The notes: a model not told the origin generated them from the letters alone. Positions 49,946 through 63,589 are shown, counted from the first letter of the whole stretch. The stretch: DNA of 63,947 nt, filler included, from Octopus bimaculoides (GCF_001194135.2; 7 parts of 7 records of this genome joined end to end with filler, not necessarily neighbours in it), one strand, 5' to 3'. Made by a program: numbers and translations.

Positions 49946-50673
49946 AAGTAATTATTATGCTTAAGTAAAAGCGGGGTGGAGATATGCCGTTTTGATGTTA
50001 ATGCTTATCCCCTTGAAGATACAATGGGAGTGTTGAAGAGATAAGTACAGTATGCAAATGAATGGATGCTTATGTGTAATTCTTTGGATTTGTGTAGCTT
50101 ATTGTTGTATCTATTCTTGCTTGTATTGATTCTAAACAGAGAAAGAAATTGAGATTTCGTGATGTTCAATGTCGTCTTATAACAAAGATAATTAGTTTCA
50201 CCAGAGTACACATGTAGATAAAGATACACGAAGAAAAGCTATGTAGCATTAATCCATGCATTTCTCTAGAGCCTTAGCTATGTATCTGAAATATGAATTA
50301 TAATCTGTATATATGAAATGGCTACAAACAGCTTCATGTTCGTGGTATCCTATACTTATACTTAAAGTATCGCGACTCGACGAGTGAGAGTAAACATAAC
50401 CATAAATGATTGCAAATCTCTTAAAAACAAGGAGGATTACGTAACACACACGCACACACATCTTTCGGGACGCGCTATTTCCAGTACTTGACTGGTATCA
50501 TTGACCTCAGCATAGATTGAACTAAAAGTGTAATGGGCTCTAATTAAATACCATTGAGCATTTTCACCGACTCCCTAACGATTTTGCCAATCTGTATTTA
50601 GCATGAAAAACAAAAGAAAAGAAAACAAAACAAACTAAATGAATATCAACGAGAATATAAGTTATAGAGTAAC

Positions 50674-50723
<50 letters not shown>

Positions 50724-51441
50724 TTATCTATCTATCTCTTAGCCTTCTATGTGTGTTCCATGTGGGTCACTCAGTATATGTATGTGAGTATGTCTGTGAA
50801 TGTGTCCTTCTATTTCATGTGATGTCGTTTAGGTAGATATGCAGAAATGAAAAGTATACAAGTTAAACAGTATAGGGAAGAGTGCACGTACGAACAACTG
50901 TATACAATGATAAATACATACATGCACACATACTTATGAACACAAATAAATACACACAGATATTTATGATGGTGCGTGTGTGTATATTTATGTGAAAGAG
51001 CGACAATGCTAAGTTAACTCTAAAGTAATCAAAGATGCGTAAAGCAGGATGTGATCATGAGGTTTAAATTTTTTAGTTCACAGAAACTTATACGCATACC
51101 CACATACATATCCTTATATACTGCACATACACGAGCAGAATGAAGCCCAAAGATAGTGGAAGTTACTGGAATGTGGGTACATGGGGGTACTGAATGCGAA
51201 TGCATTATTTTGTTCACCCAAGTATTTCATCCGCTCCGATACATATTGCATTGCCAAAATGTTTACTAACGAGAGCTACATCGGTTTTAAACCACATTGT
51301 AAACATAAACATGGACACACACAGTCTCTCCTTCTCCCTCTCTTTCTCTTTCTCTCACACACACACGTACACATCTATAGATCTTTCTGCTTATGTACAA
51401 AGTGAGCGTATATACATGTATATATATGTGTGTTTGTGTGA

Positions 51442-51473
<32 letters not shown>

Positions 51474-52675
51474 ATGCGCGCATGTATTTGAAACAGCTGT
51501 CACCTCGGCTCTGTATTCTTTCGTAAATAGCACCCCCCCTCTTTCATATTTAGTGCAGTTTTACACTTCTTGTCTCAACTCACGTACTCCATACATGCAG
51601 GCACGTGCATACACACACACACGCATACAAACACACAAGCACATACGCGTAGTATATTCTATGTATATGTATTTACAATTTACGCGAGCACCTAGACACA
51701 CATACGAATACTCTCATACGCAATCATAGCCAAACACGCATCCACACATTAAAATCAACACTGAGTTGTACAAAGCATTATCCCGCATTTTATTAGAAAA
51801 TATAAATAAAATTTTGTATACATCAAAATATAAAGCATATTTCTGATTTTCATACTTCAAAACTATGGCCTTTGAAGATTTATACATTAAATTGCATGTG
51901 AGTAGGTACGGCGATATGTATGTTGAAAGTACCATAGTTAATTTATGAATTCCAAACACACACATACCCACCAACGTCCAGTAAGTGCAATGTTACTGAT
52001 TAGAAGAACCTAGTCGACTACAGATTGGCTGCTTAACTTAACTTCACGACAGACTTAAAATTTCACTCCTCGCGCTCACAGATATACACGTACGCGTGTT
52101 TCTGCACACACGCATCTAGTCCGCAGAAAACACACATGAATGCGCCAATACACTCGCATATATATATATATATATANNNNNNNNNNNNNNNNNNNNNNNN
52201 NNNNNNNNNNNNNNNNNNNNNNNNNNNNNNNNNNNNNNNNNNNNNNNNNNNNNNNNNNNNNNNNNNNNNNNNNNNNNNNNNNNNNNNNNNNNNNNNNNNN
52301 NNNNNNNNNNNNNNNNNNNNNNNNNNNNNNNNNNNNNNNNNNNNNNNNNNNNNNNNNNNNNNNNNNNNNNNNNNNNNNNNNNNNNNNNNNNNNNNNNNNN
52401 NNNNNNNNNNNNNNNNNNNNNNNNNNNNNNNNNNNNNNNNNNNNNNNNNNNNNNNNNNNNNNNNNNNNNNNNNNNNNNNNNNNNNNNNNNNNNNNNNNNN
52501 NNNNNNNNNNNNNNNNNNNNNNNNNNNNNNNNNNNNNNNNNNNNNNNNNNNNNNNNNNNNNNNNNNNNNNNNNNNNNNNNNNNNNNNNNNNNNNNNNNNN
52601 NNCATACATATAGACAGATATTTAGAAATAGAAAGGGAAGAGAGAAAGTTAGATAGACACCAAGAGATGGATTAA

Positions 52676-52742
<67 letters not shown>

Positions 52743-52781
52743 TTATGTTAATGTGTGCCTGTGAGTATGCAGGTTTATATA

Positions 52782-53016
52782 CAGGGTGGCACAAAGTAGG
52801 CTTACAGATATCACGTAGGCACTTTAAATTTCTATTAAAACATTTTATTACATTTGAATTTTTATCTTACAAACTGAAAAGGGAGCTTGACAAAATGAAC
52901 TAAATTAACATAGAGTAATGGTTTCATATTGCTTTTATAATTAAGATCTAGACTGTTAAAATATGAATGCGAAAGGTATAGTTGAGTAACTGTAAACCTA
53001 CTTTTGGGTAACACTG
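52782..53016. mobile_element. 235-bp Tc1/mariner-type MITE
   Basis: Imperfect TIRs of about 26 bp: CAGGGTGGCACAAAGTAGGCTTACAG and CTGTAAACCTACTTTTGGGTAACACTG, flanked by TA on both sides. Confidence 0.75.
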
Positions 53017-53045
53017 TATAAATACTCACATATAAATACATACAT

Positions 53046-53240
53046 GTCTAGGCACAAGGCCAGCAAGTTCATGGGAGTGAGTATGTCGATTACATCGACC
53101 TCAGTACTTAAATGGTACTTATTTTATCGGATCCGAAAGGATGGAAGCCAAAGTCGACCTCGGCGGAGTTTGAACTCAGAACGTAAATTTCCCTAAGCAT
53201 TTTGTCAAGCGTTCTAACGATTCTGCCATCTCGTTGCCTT
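53046..53240 (-). mobile_element. Family A SINE
   Basis: GTCGATTACATCGACC...AAAGTCGACCTCGGCGGAGTTTGAACTCAGAACG...TTCTGCCA. Confidence 0.9.
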
Positions 53241-53270
53241 ATACGTATTTATATATAAAATATATTATGC

Positions 53271-53302
<32 letters not shown>

Positions 53303-53306
53303 TTTT

Positions 53307-53345
<39 letters not shown>

Positions 53346-54716
53346 TATATGTATATATCGCGTGCACAATCACATTTTTTATTTGTTTCGGTTATTGGAC
53401 TTCGGCCGTACCACATTGAGCTGGGACATATTACTCATTTTAAAGTATAGGTGAACACCTAGATTATATATACCTAGGTACGCATACATATGTGCAAGTA
53501 TATGCTGGCCACTGATAAAATTTATTAATAAAATTTTGTCTTTATATTAGATACATACATATATATATATATATATATATGTATGCACACACACACACGC
53601 ACACGCACATGTATGTTATGGAAGAGTGTGTGTATGTGTGCGTGATCTGTACATATTGCAGTTATACGTAGACAAAGTGAATATAAAATGGTGAATAAAA
53701 AAAAAAAAACCTTCGAGGATTCGTGACAACGATTTTAAAAATATACTTTATAAATTTTGAAGATACACTTTTTATATTGCATAGAGAAAATAATTATTCT
53801 TTACCATATTATTTTCATATATATTTAAAGTAATGCTCATTAATACCACCATTTCCACTGATTCCTGGATCAATGTTAAATATGGTCAATATCTTTCTGT
53901 CCGAATCAATGCTATTTTGTTCAGTGCTGGTCTATCCTTGCCTCCTTGACAATCGGAGCTTATGTTAGATCTAGTTTACCGACCACGTCCTCAATTACGT
54001 TGGTGTTTAAATATAAGGGTCTGTCTGGAAAAGCTTCTTATTGTTTGCATAGTGAGGACCCAATAATTTTTTTCTCAAGATTTCTGGTCACCGGACTCGA
54101 AAAATTCATTTTAATGCACGTTGCGATAGATTTGCATCTTCCAGAACACACGTTCTTTGATGATCTATGGGTTATATGATTTTATATTTCTTTTAAACTG
54201 TGTGATTTTTGTTGAGACATCAAGGACGGGAGTCAAGATATATATGAGTTATGGAACGACAAACTCTAGTATTGCAAATCGTTATAATTACTTATGTAGC
54301 TGTGAAGTAAATATAAACATGATACTAACAGTACTGTTTCGATATTGCTTATTAGTCGAGTGCTGATGATGTTTATTTTCAAAAGTTTACTCTTTCATTT
54401 GTGATATTATATTTCAAATAACCTGGCAGTTGTAATCCGGATTCACCACCTACTTTGGCATCTGTTGCAGACTATCACGTAACAATGCTTGATAATCGAA
54501 AAAATCTTACAACATACCTTTTTGAAATTCTTTATAAATACATATGTAAAACACACATACACGCACACACAAGGATATCAACATGCGTGTTTACATATAT
54601 ATATTTAAGTATGTATCTATCTATATATACATACACACACACACATATACATATACACATCACATAATTTATATACGTACGTATGTTTGTATCTACCTGT
54701 CTATCTATCCATCTAC

Positions 54717-54803
<87 letters not shown>

Positions 54804-55002
54804 TAAGCATAACTGTCTGTCAGTATGTGTGTGTGCTTAATATCACATAATGGATATGTAAATATATAGAAATAATATATACACATGACAAAATTATATC
54901 CCTAACAATGTTCATAACCCAATAAGATTTAGCATGATATAACATAATTACAAAACACAGAACAGTGTGGATGCATGTATGTCATTGTTTAGTTTTATTT
55001 CA

Positions 55003-55656
55003 AGATCTCTTGTCAATAGAGAAAGAGCCGGTTTCTAACCTAGATTCAATGCTCCTTCGTTGGAACTTCAACATCAATAACATAGTATTTTTGTTTGTAT
55101 AGATGTATGCATGTATATGTGCAGATTTGTATGTTTTGCTGTATGTATGTATTCTCATGCACATAGTTGCCTATCTAGGCATGCTCATATATATATATAA
55201 ATGATAAACTTCTGGAAAGTTTTACAGATTATCACAGTTTCATTGATGGATTGGATCTGAATGTATGTATGTATGTATGTATGTATGTATGTATGTATGT
55301 ATGTATGTGTGTGTGTATGTGTGTGCATGTATGTACACAAATATGTGCACATGGACACTACTGCTGAGAAAAAAATAATGTTCGAAATTTACTTTAAGTT
55401 GTTCGTTCTTTTTACATCTATGGAAAAACAAGTAAAGTTGCGTTTCAATATCTACAACATTACTTTATACATTCGTGCATGCATGCAGACATACATACAT
55501 ACATACATACAAAGAAGTCCGATCTTTGAATGGAACAGTAAAAATATGCAAGACTTTTCTCAAGTTCCAAATGTGAATTTCTCTGAGTTAACTACATCCC
55601 AAAGATGTAGCCTTGTATCTTTGTTGGAAACCGACTCCCTTCTCAGTGGAAGATTT
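55003..55656. mobile_element. Putative old MITE with degenerate TIRs of about 60 bp
   Basis: 55003-55065 (GAGAAAGAGCCGGTTTCTAACCTAGATTCAATGCT) resembles the reverse complement of 55597-55656 (GAGAAGGGAGTCGGTTTCCAACAAAGATACAAGGCT). Confidence 0.35.
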
Positions 55657-56068
55657 ATAGTAATTAAAAAATAGAAGAGACATACATACATGCATGCATA
55701 CATACATATATACATACAAACATACATACATGTTATTTAGTATAAATATATGCTTGCCTATATGCACATAGGCATTACCTTTTGTGTAAACATGAAAGAT
55801 AAACACACATATATATATATAACACGTAAAATAATATTTTATATGTAATTCTTATGAATTTCAATATATGAAACCAAAATAACCATACGCATATTCGTAG
55901 TTCACGGTGGGGATATCGACAGCTAAAACAATAAATGTAAAAGTTACATCTACACAAAAACAAACACACACGTGTACGAATAAGTATTTCCATGCAAACA
56001 CATATATATTAATTTGATTGACTATATTTAGTGTGTGTATACACACACACATACACGCACACACATAG

Positions 56069-56103
<35 letters not shown>

Positions 56104-56113
56104 NNNNNNNNNN

Positions 56114-56148
<35 letters not shown>

Positions 56149-56216
56149 ATGTATGTGTGTGTTTGTGTGTATCACAGTATATATATAAACATATACACAC
56201 ATATATATATATATAC

Positions 56217-56253
<37 letters not shown>

Positions 56254-56569
56254 GAAATATATACGCACATTAAATATAAATATATAAACTTCCGAATATT
56301 CATAAACATTTGGCTATTTCTGACATATNNNNNNNNNNNNNNNNNNNNNNNNNNNNNNNNNNNNNNNNNNNNTTAATTAATTAANNNNNNNNNNNNNNNN
56401 NNNNNNNNNNNNNNNNNNNNNNNNNNNNATAATAATAATAATAATAATAATAATTATTATTATTATTATTATTATTATCATTATTATCATCATCGTCATC
56501 ATCACCATAATCATCATCATCATCACCATCATCATCCTCATCATCAGTAGTAGTAGTAGTAGTAGTAGT

Positions 56570-56600
<31 letters not shown>

Positions 56601-56601
56601 A

Positions 56602-56642
<41 letters not shown>

Positions 56643-57064
56643 AGTGAGTAAGAATGTAAGTAATATTTATAAAGTCACATTAAACGAAGTCATTTTCTAC
56701 GTATATTCAGTGTCTACTTACTGTCTGTGGAATAGATTGTTCTGGAATAATGTATATAGCGATATTGTACTTGAAGATATCACATAAATTACCGAATATT
56801 TGATATCAAAATTATTAACCATTTATCATCTTATTTATACTAGCATTTATATCTAATTTTAATAACCCTCTCTTTTACTTTTACTGTTCTTTCCAACGTT
56901 TAAACTCCCTCATTCCTCTTCTTTCTCTCTCTCTTTCTCTCTCTCCCTCCATAAATGTATGTGTGTGTGTGTGTCCCCACGTGTCTGTGCATGTCAGAGT
57001 GTGTAATCATGCAAGCATATGTTTATCTGCACATATAAAGCGTGCACAAAACACACACAATTCC

Positions 57065-57121
<57 letters not shown>

Positions 57122-57134
57122 ATATATTTATGTC

Positions 57135-57180
<46 letters not shown>

Positions 57181-57346
57181 CGCGCGCGTAGGTATGCAAG
57201 TAAATATTTTCTTTTCCAACCGATAAAAATGTGATAATTGATAACAATGGAAAGAAAACAGAGCATTGAAATCATTTAACGTTGAATGAAAAGAGATAGA
57301 TAAGAGAAATTATAACCAAGAAGGAATAATAACTGAAGTAATAAAC

Positions 57347-57396
<50 letters not shown>

Positions 57397-57924
57397 TACT
57401 TTCAACAACATTCCGTATATTTTCGATGGCGCAACACAGAGTAAGAATCTGAAGTTACAAAAAGATTACCGAATTTTTCGCTTTTGTTAAGGTGATTCTT
57501 CAAGTATATTGTTTTTCTTTATTTCTTGTGTTCTCTTGCTAGGGAGCTTGTTTTGAGGTTTTTTCTCTTCTTTCGTAAAATAACTTCTCTTAAGTGATGA
57601 TTGCTTATTGCCATCAACAAATCTGTAAGCTCTCGAGTCACTCATGTTGTTATGCTGATTGAGATGTTTGTTTTGTAGTTGTGTGTTTTGTTGTTGTTGT
57701 TTGCAGCCACTGGGGCTATACATGTCTGTCGGTATTCACACATTAGCTGATACAGACAGACAGACAAACTGACAAACACAAATACAGATAGATGAACGAT
57801 TCATGACAAAAAAATGCGTTTATGAATACAAGTGTATGTGTATACATGTTTACATATACATACAAATATGTGTGCATGTGTGTGTATGTATGTATGTATA
57901 TATATGTACAGCTAGATTAAGGGT

Positions 57925-58045
57925 ACATAAACACACCAGCATTGGTTGTCAAGTGATGGCAGAAGGACAAACATAGACGCACATACATAAATATCTACGA
58001 CGGGCTTCTTTCAGTTTCCGTCTACCAAATCCACTCACAAGTCTA
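57925..58045 (-). mobile_element. Family B SINE internal fragment
   Basis: CGACGGGCTTCTTTCAGTTTCCGTCTACCAAATCCACTCACAAG. Confidence 0.8.
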
Positions 58046-58139
58046 AATCACGCAGAAATGAAAATAATACTGACATCTCATTTTATCAGATGTCATTTAC
58101 CAAAATTACATAAAAATATCTTGAAATAATAAGGAGTAA

Positions 58140-58385
58140 ATTTATTGAATAAAATCGCCATTGGCTTCAACCACGCCCTCCAGATGACTTCGGAATGTCC
58201 TACAACTCTTCTGGAAGATCTCCTTATTTAAGTTGGTGAATGCTGACATAATCCTTGCCTTCAGTTCATATTTGCTGTTACAAGGAGTTTTGTTGGTCTC
58301 TCGCTCAACTGCGTCCCACACATAATAATGAAGCGGGCTGCAGTCTAGGCAGTTAGGCGTGATGTGGTTGCAGAAATTTGGTTGA
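58140..58385 (-). mobile_element. DD37D (maT-like) transposase C-terminal fragment
   Basis: NFCNHITPN..DCSPLHYYVWDAVERETNKTPCNSKYELKARIMSAFTNLNKEIFQKSCRTFRSHLEGVVEANGDFIQ*; overlaps in homology with the end of the 21.4-22.2 kb copy. Confidence 0.85.
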
Positions 58386-58479
58386 CCTGTGCCTATTGTA
58401 GCAGAGAATTCCCGAAGATACAACGCATGTGGTTGGGAAGCAAGCCTCTTACCACACAACTACACTTATATATATATGG

Positions 58480-58632
58480 TGTGGCTATGTGGCCACTAAG
58501 TGGAATCTGTCTAGTACTGGTGTCTCGTATTTGTTGTCGGTGAGTGGTCAGACTATTTCTTAAAGTAAGCTTTGTTTGACCTATATAATCTTCATTACAT
58601 CCTTGATATTTGATAGCGTATATTAAATTCAT
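58480..58632 (-). mobile_element. Penelope-like element GIY-YIG endonuclease fragment
   Basis: NLIYAIKYQGCNEDYIGQTKLTLRNSLTTHRQQIRDTSTRQIPLSGHI: the IY...YIGQT...L...H pattern of the GIY-YIG domain of Penelope-like elements. Confidence 0.75.
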
Positions 58633-59214
58633 TGAAGAATATGTAAAGTGTTGTTTTACTAGACTATCCTATATCAATCAAATCCTATTCAAAACATATA
58701 CTAATTTGAGCCATGAACTCCCAATAAAAACATGGCAAACGGAAAACACTAGTCAAAAACAAGACAGCCGCGACATAAGCTACGTCTTTCTATTTGAACG
58801 TTTCGAAAATCAGTGAAACCGATTAAAGGTTCAAATATGTTTTAAATATTTTAACTATTCTCAAGGCGTTTTCAACTTATATATATATAACTCTTTAAGT
58901 TGTTTCAGCTTTAAACAGACGTCTTAAGAAACCCTACTAGACTCCTGTTTCGGAGCTTACTTCTTTCAAAGCATTTATCTGTTGACTTCAATCCAACATT
59001 GTACCAGTCCATACGTTACTTTAAAATATATCCCTCAGTTGACTTATTTCCTCGCCAATTTGTTTTAATCTTTCTCTACCCTAATTTGTGAAAATCTATG
59101 AGAGTATACGCATTTTTCCGCAGAGAGCAACATGTCTGTTCGTGCCAACCCATGTCGGTTCGTAATCTTCAGGTCTGCCCTTCAAACATGATGAATAATG
59201 TCACAAACAACCAC

Positions 59215-59251
59215 TTCATTCTCACTTTGTCTCTTCACCTTTTAGGTAAGC
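59215..59251 (+). other. Juxtaposed 3' and 5' splice sites (candidate recursive splice site)
   Basis: TTCATTCTCACTTTGTCTCTTCACCTTTTAG|GTAAGC with the junction at 59245/59246. Confidence 0.3.
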
Positions 59252-59374
59252 CCCAGCAACGTGACCGTTCTGGTTTATATTTAACAGACTTACTTTCCTT
59301 GCTTGTGCTATCGTTTCTGTTAAGAAATTCGAGGAAAAGATTGGTTTTGTCATTATTATCAACAAAAAGGATGC

Positions 59375-59515
59375 GTGCTGGCAGAATCCTTAACACGTCG
59401 GACAAAATTCTTGGCCGCATTTCTTCCGGTTCTTTACGTACTTAATTCAAATTTCGTTGAGGTCAAATTTGCCATTCATAGCTTCGGGGTCGATGAAGTA
59501 CCAGTTGAACGGATT
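59375..59515 (+). mobile_element. Family A SINE, diverged
   Basis: GCTGGCAGAATCCTTAACACGTCGGACAAAAT...TTCGGGGTCGATGAAGTACCAGTTG. Confidence 0.7.
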
Positions 59516-59603
59516 TGGTGAATGGAAATTAATAGGATTCTTTCATTCCTATCTATCTAGATATCTACACACATACGCGCACACACACATATATTATGTT
59601 ATG

Positions 59604-60140
59604 AAGGCGCTGCGTTGGTGCTTAGTGGCAACAGGTATTCAGCTCAGGATCGTAAGGTCGAGTTCAATTCTCGGCGGTGCGTTGTATCCTTGAGCAAGAC
59701 ACTTTATTCATCCTGCTCCTGTCCACTCAGCTGGCAAAAAGGAGTCGTACCTATATTTCAAAGGGCTTGCCCTGTCAAATTCTGTGTCACGTTGAATATC
59801 CCCGGGTGCTGTATTAAGGGCACACGTGTCTGTGGACCACTCAGCCACTTGCATCTTAATTTGACGAGCAGGTTATTCCGTTAATCAGATCAACTGGAAG
59901 CTTCGTCTTCGTAACCGACGGAGTGCCAGTTAGTTGTATTATATGTGTGTGTCTTTGCGATTGTTTCTTCCCCCGCTTGACAACCGGTTTTATGTCCTGG
60001 TTACTAAAAGGTTCGGGATAAAATGTACAATTGAATAAGTACCAGACATTGAAAAAATAGGTACTGGAATCAATTTGCTCGAATAAGCACTTCAAGATGA
60101 TGACGTAGTCCAGTGACTGAAACAAGTAAAATATAAAAGA
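59604..60140 (+). mobile_element. Long SINE variant with CCTTGAGCAAGACACTT central motif and family B tail
   Basis: Pol III-like head (GGTCGAGTTCAATTCTC), GTTGTATCCTTGAGCAAGACACTT, then CCGCTTGACAACCGG...GTCCAGTGACTGAAACAAGTAAAA tail. Confidence 0.7.
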
Positions 60141-60225
60141 TTGAAAGATAAATAATGCTTATCGCCACTTAAACGTGAGAGTTCTATGAGAACAGAGGAT
60201 ACTGCAATGACTAACAGGCGAGTAT

Positions 60226-60272
60226 CCGTCACTGAAGAAGACTAAAATGACGCCGAAATCATGATCTGGTGG
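60226..60272 (+). ncRNA. Near-intact minimal type I hammerhead ribozyme motif (Penelope-type)
   Basis: CCGTCA-CTGAAGA-A-GAC[taaaatgac]GCC-GAAA-TCATGA-TC-TGGTGG. Stem I has 6 bp (2 wobble), stem II has one A.C mismatch, helix III is the palindrome ATCATGAT, and the cleavage triplet is AUC (after 60266). Confidence 0.6.
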
Positions 60273-60599
60273 CCTCCGAACAAGTTAGGACTTCTCTCCC
60301 TGCTTGCAATATATATCGTGTGCGAAACGCATTGAATAACCAGCTGAAAGAGGCATCCACCTGGGTTTAAAATAACAGTATCGTCTGTTCTTATAGAAGA
60401 CCCATGTTTAGGCGGCGATAAACATTACTTCTCAGTATAAATACTGCTTTCGTCTCAAATAAAGATTTTCTCAACGAGCTAGTTTGCTAACTGAAAGATA
60501 AATCTTGACGCGAATACTAGCCTTCTTTCTGTGTACCTTAACCTCACTTCAGCTGCCGACCATTTGCAAAACTAAATTGAAACTCCAGTTAAAAAAATT

Positions 60600-60850
60600 C
60601 GGCTGAGCACTCTCCCAAATTTCAAGCCTTGTGCCTAATTGTAGAAAGAACAATTGCTACAAGGCTAGCAATTTTAGAGGTAAGGGTTAGGGTTACACAA
60701 CTACATTGATCCCAGTGTTCAGCTGGTATTTATTTTATCAACCACGATGGAGTTTGAACTCGGAACATAATGATTGGAAAGAAATATTGGAACGCATTTT
60801 TCTCCACGTTCTAACAATCTTACCAGAACGCAGCATTTTGCTTGGAAGTT
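60600..60850 (-). mobile_element. Family A SINE, diverged
   Basis: CCCAAATTTCAAGCCTTGTGCC...GATCCCAGTGTTCAGCTGGTATTTATTTTATC...GGAGTTTGAACTCGGAAC. Confidence 0.7.
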
Positions 60851-61429
60851 AAAATAGTATTTGCTTCGTTTGCTTTTCATAGTAAGGTGAGATTTAGCTG
60901 CTGTTTCTAGCATGATGTGTTACCACATTCAGAAATATTGTTACTGCGCGCGCGCATGTGTGTGTGTGTGTGTGCGTGCGCGTGTTTGTATGTGTACGTG
61001 TGTGTTTGTGTCTGTGTGTTTGCTTTTTTGTGCGTTCTAGAAAAGCATCTCATTCAAATTATGGACCTAATCGTTAGATGCAAAAGCTTCAAAAGTCGTT
61101 GGTTATTTAATAATGAATAGCAGCATCATTAGAGATTAAACTTGGTGATCGTATAAAATACTATCACCGTAAGAGATGGCTTCCATATATTTCAATTTAA
61201 ACAAAATCTTTATTTATCAACTTCAAAAGGCAGTGGTTGCTACTGTAGCATTTATTAGGAATCCTGCAACTAAGTATTTTTAAATGAGGAATGTATAAAT
61301 GTTGATATGGAAATTGTCATTGAAATTTGAAGCACAAATTACACATTTTACAGCAAAAGAGTAACGACCGATCGATGTAAGATAGCAATTCATCCTCTCC
61401 ATCTATATTTGTTTCTACATATCTATTTA

Positions 61430-61502
61430 TCTATCTATGTTTGTCTATATATCTTTCTATTTATCTAATTGTTTATCTATTTATCTATCTATTTATCTAT
61501 CA

Positions 61503-61578
<76 letters not shown>

Positions 61579-62035
61579 GGTTGTCTGTTTATACACACAC
61601 ACACACACGCATATTCAGACCGAGGTAAATAATACGCACACCCGGTGTTTAGGATTAGTGTTAGGGTTAGGGCTACGCCGAAAACGGGTGGTGTGCGTAT
61701 TCTTTACCTCAACCCATATTCGTGGATGCATCTTTCTAATTACATATCAATCCACATATCTATCAGTCTATCAAACTGTCTATCAATTTATCCACTATCT
61801 ATCCATCCCTCTATCCATCCATCCATCCATCCATCCATCCATCTATCTATCTACCTGTCTGTTTATCTGTTTATCAATCTATATCTCATTGTCTATCTAT
61901 CCATTTAACTATCTCGCTGTCTATCTATATGACTATCTGACCGTCTTTCAATATTTATTTGTATTTATCTATCGATCTATCTCTCTACCTGTCTATCTAT
62001 CGATCTATCTCTCTACCTGTCTATCTATCTCTCTG
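61430..62035 (+). repeat. Degenerate (TCTA/TCTG/TCCA)n tetranucleotide region
   Basis: Direct inspection. Confidence 0.9.
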
Positions 62036-62124
62036 TTTATATCAATCTTTGAGTTAAATCTCTATACCAGCTTTCGACTCCTGGCGGCAGATGGCTTCGA
62101 ATAGCTTACATTCTTAATGGCATT

Positions 62125-62269
62125 AGGCACAGGTGTGGGTGTGAGGTAAGAATTTTGCTTCCCAACCACATGGTTCCGGGTTCAAACGTCTTATATTATA
62201 GCTCAGGGACTGACAAAAGTCTTGCGAGTAGATTTGGTAGACGGAAACAGGAAGAAGCCCATTCTTGTG

Positions 62270-62275
<6 letters not shown>
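62125..62275 (+). mobile_element. Family B SINE 5' part
   Basis: GGCACAGGTGTGGGTGTGAGGTAAGAATTTTGCTTCCCAACCACATGGTTCCGGGTTCAAA...GATTTGGTAGACGGAAAC. Confidence 0.8.
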
Positions 62276-62310
<35 letters not shown>

Positions 62311-63074
62311 NNNNNNNNNNNNNNNNNNNNNNNNNNNNNNNNNNNNNNNNNNNNTTAATTAATTAANNNNNNNNNNNNNNNNNNNNNNNNNNNNNNNNNN
62401 NNNNNNNNNNAATGCCATGCAGAACCAGTAAACCAAAATCATGTTTTAGGTCACTATCAGATCATCTTAACCATGTTGCTTCAATGTTATCTTACACATA
62501 GAGAGACATGTCAATCAATCAAATTAAACAAGAATCCGAAGGGATAGTCATGATGGCTAGCGGCTGTAAATGGTAAATGCAGAATGTTACATTTCTTATA
62601 TTCCTTGGAGCAAATTAATTATTTCCATTTTGTGTATTTTCTCATAATTAAAGAAGTTATTTATTCTCTTTCGTTAAATATGCGTAATGTGATAATCTAA
62701 TTTTTCCCTCTTTCAACCTGTACATTTCTATTAATTCACGTTTGTGTATTTCAGTTAAGACAATCTTTGTTGTTGTTGTAATTGTTGTTGTTGTTGTTGC
62801 TGCTGTTGTTGATTTTAACCCCAGGTTAAACAAAACTTGGTCAAGCAGAACTTTGATCAAACACATTCCAGCTGTGAACCATCCTTTTTATTTTATTCAT
62901 TTATGTTTATATACTTCTTTATTTCCAAAGCTCTATGTATTTAAGTTCACATCAAATATATCATTCATCCTTTTTAAGATTACAAAATGTATGCTATGAG
63001 TAATAGGCTGCTGCTATTGCTAGCTGGTTGAGCAGCCATGTAAAGGCTTCCTAATGTTTTGTATTATCCTTTAG

Positions 63075-63530
63075 CTACTTTTACTTGTTCGAGCTATTGG
63101 ACTGTGACCATGCTGGAGCATGGTCACAGTTGAACAAACGGACCCCCATGATTATTTTATTTATCTTTTTTTTTTAAGTTTGGTATTTATTTTATTTGTC
63201 CCTTTCACCAAACTGCTAAGTTGCAGGGATGTAAATAAACCAACACTGATTGTCAAATGACAGGGGACAAGCACAAACACATAGACACACACAAACACAT
63301 AGTCACACACACACACACACAAACCCTATATATATATATATATATNNNNNNNNNNATATATATATATATATATACGACATACTTCCACACAGTTTCCATC
63401 TATCAAATTCACTCACAAGGCACTGGGTCAACCTGGGACTATAGTAGAAGACACATGCCCAAGGTGCCACACAGTGGAACTGAACCTGAAACTACATGGT
63501 TACAAAGCTAGCTTCTTAGCCACACATTTA
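63075..63530 (-). mobile_element. Family B SINE, near full length
   Basis: CCATGCTGGAGCA tail, CACTCACAAGG, and GCCCAAGGTGCCACACAGTGGAACTGAACC (reverse complement of CORE and B-box). Confidence 0.85.
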
Positions 63531-63589
63531 TTAGTAGGTGTTTGAATGAATATCTGATATATAACTGACTATATGTATGTGAGTGTCTG

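Noticed and set aside
54010-54270. Possible mariner remnant (AAGGGTCTGTC TIR-like start)
   Set aside because: No partner TIR, and only vague transposase similarity.
273-62358. Numerous long ORFs in the track containing X runs or [20 protein letters not shown] repeats
   Set aside because: Artefacts of N gaps and of di- and tetranucleotide microsatellites.
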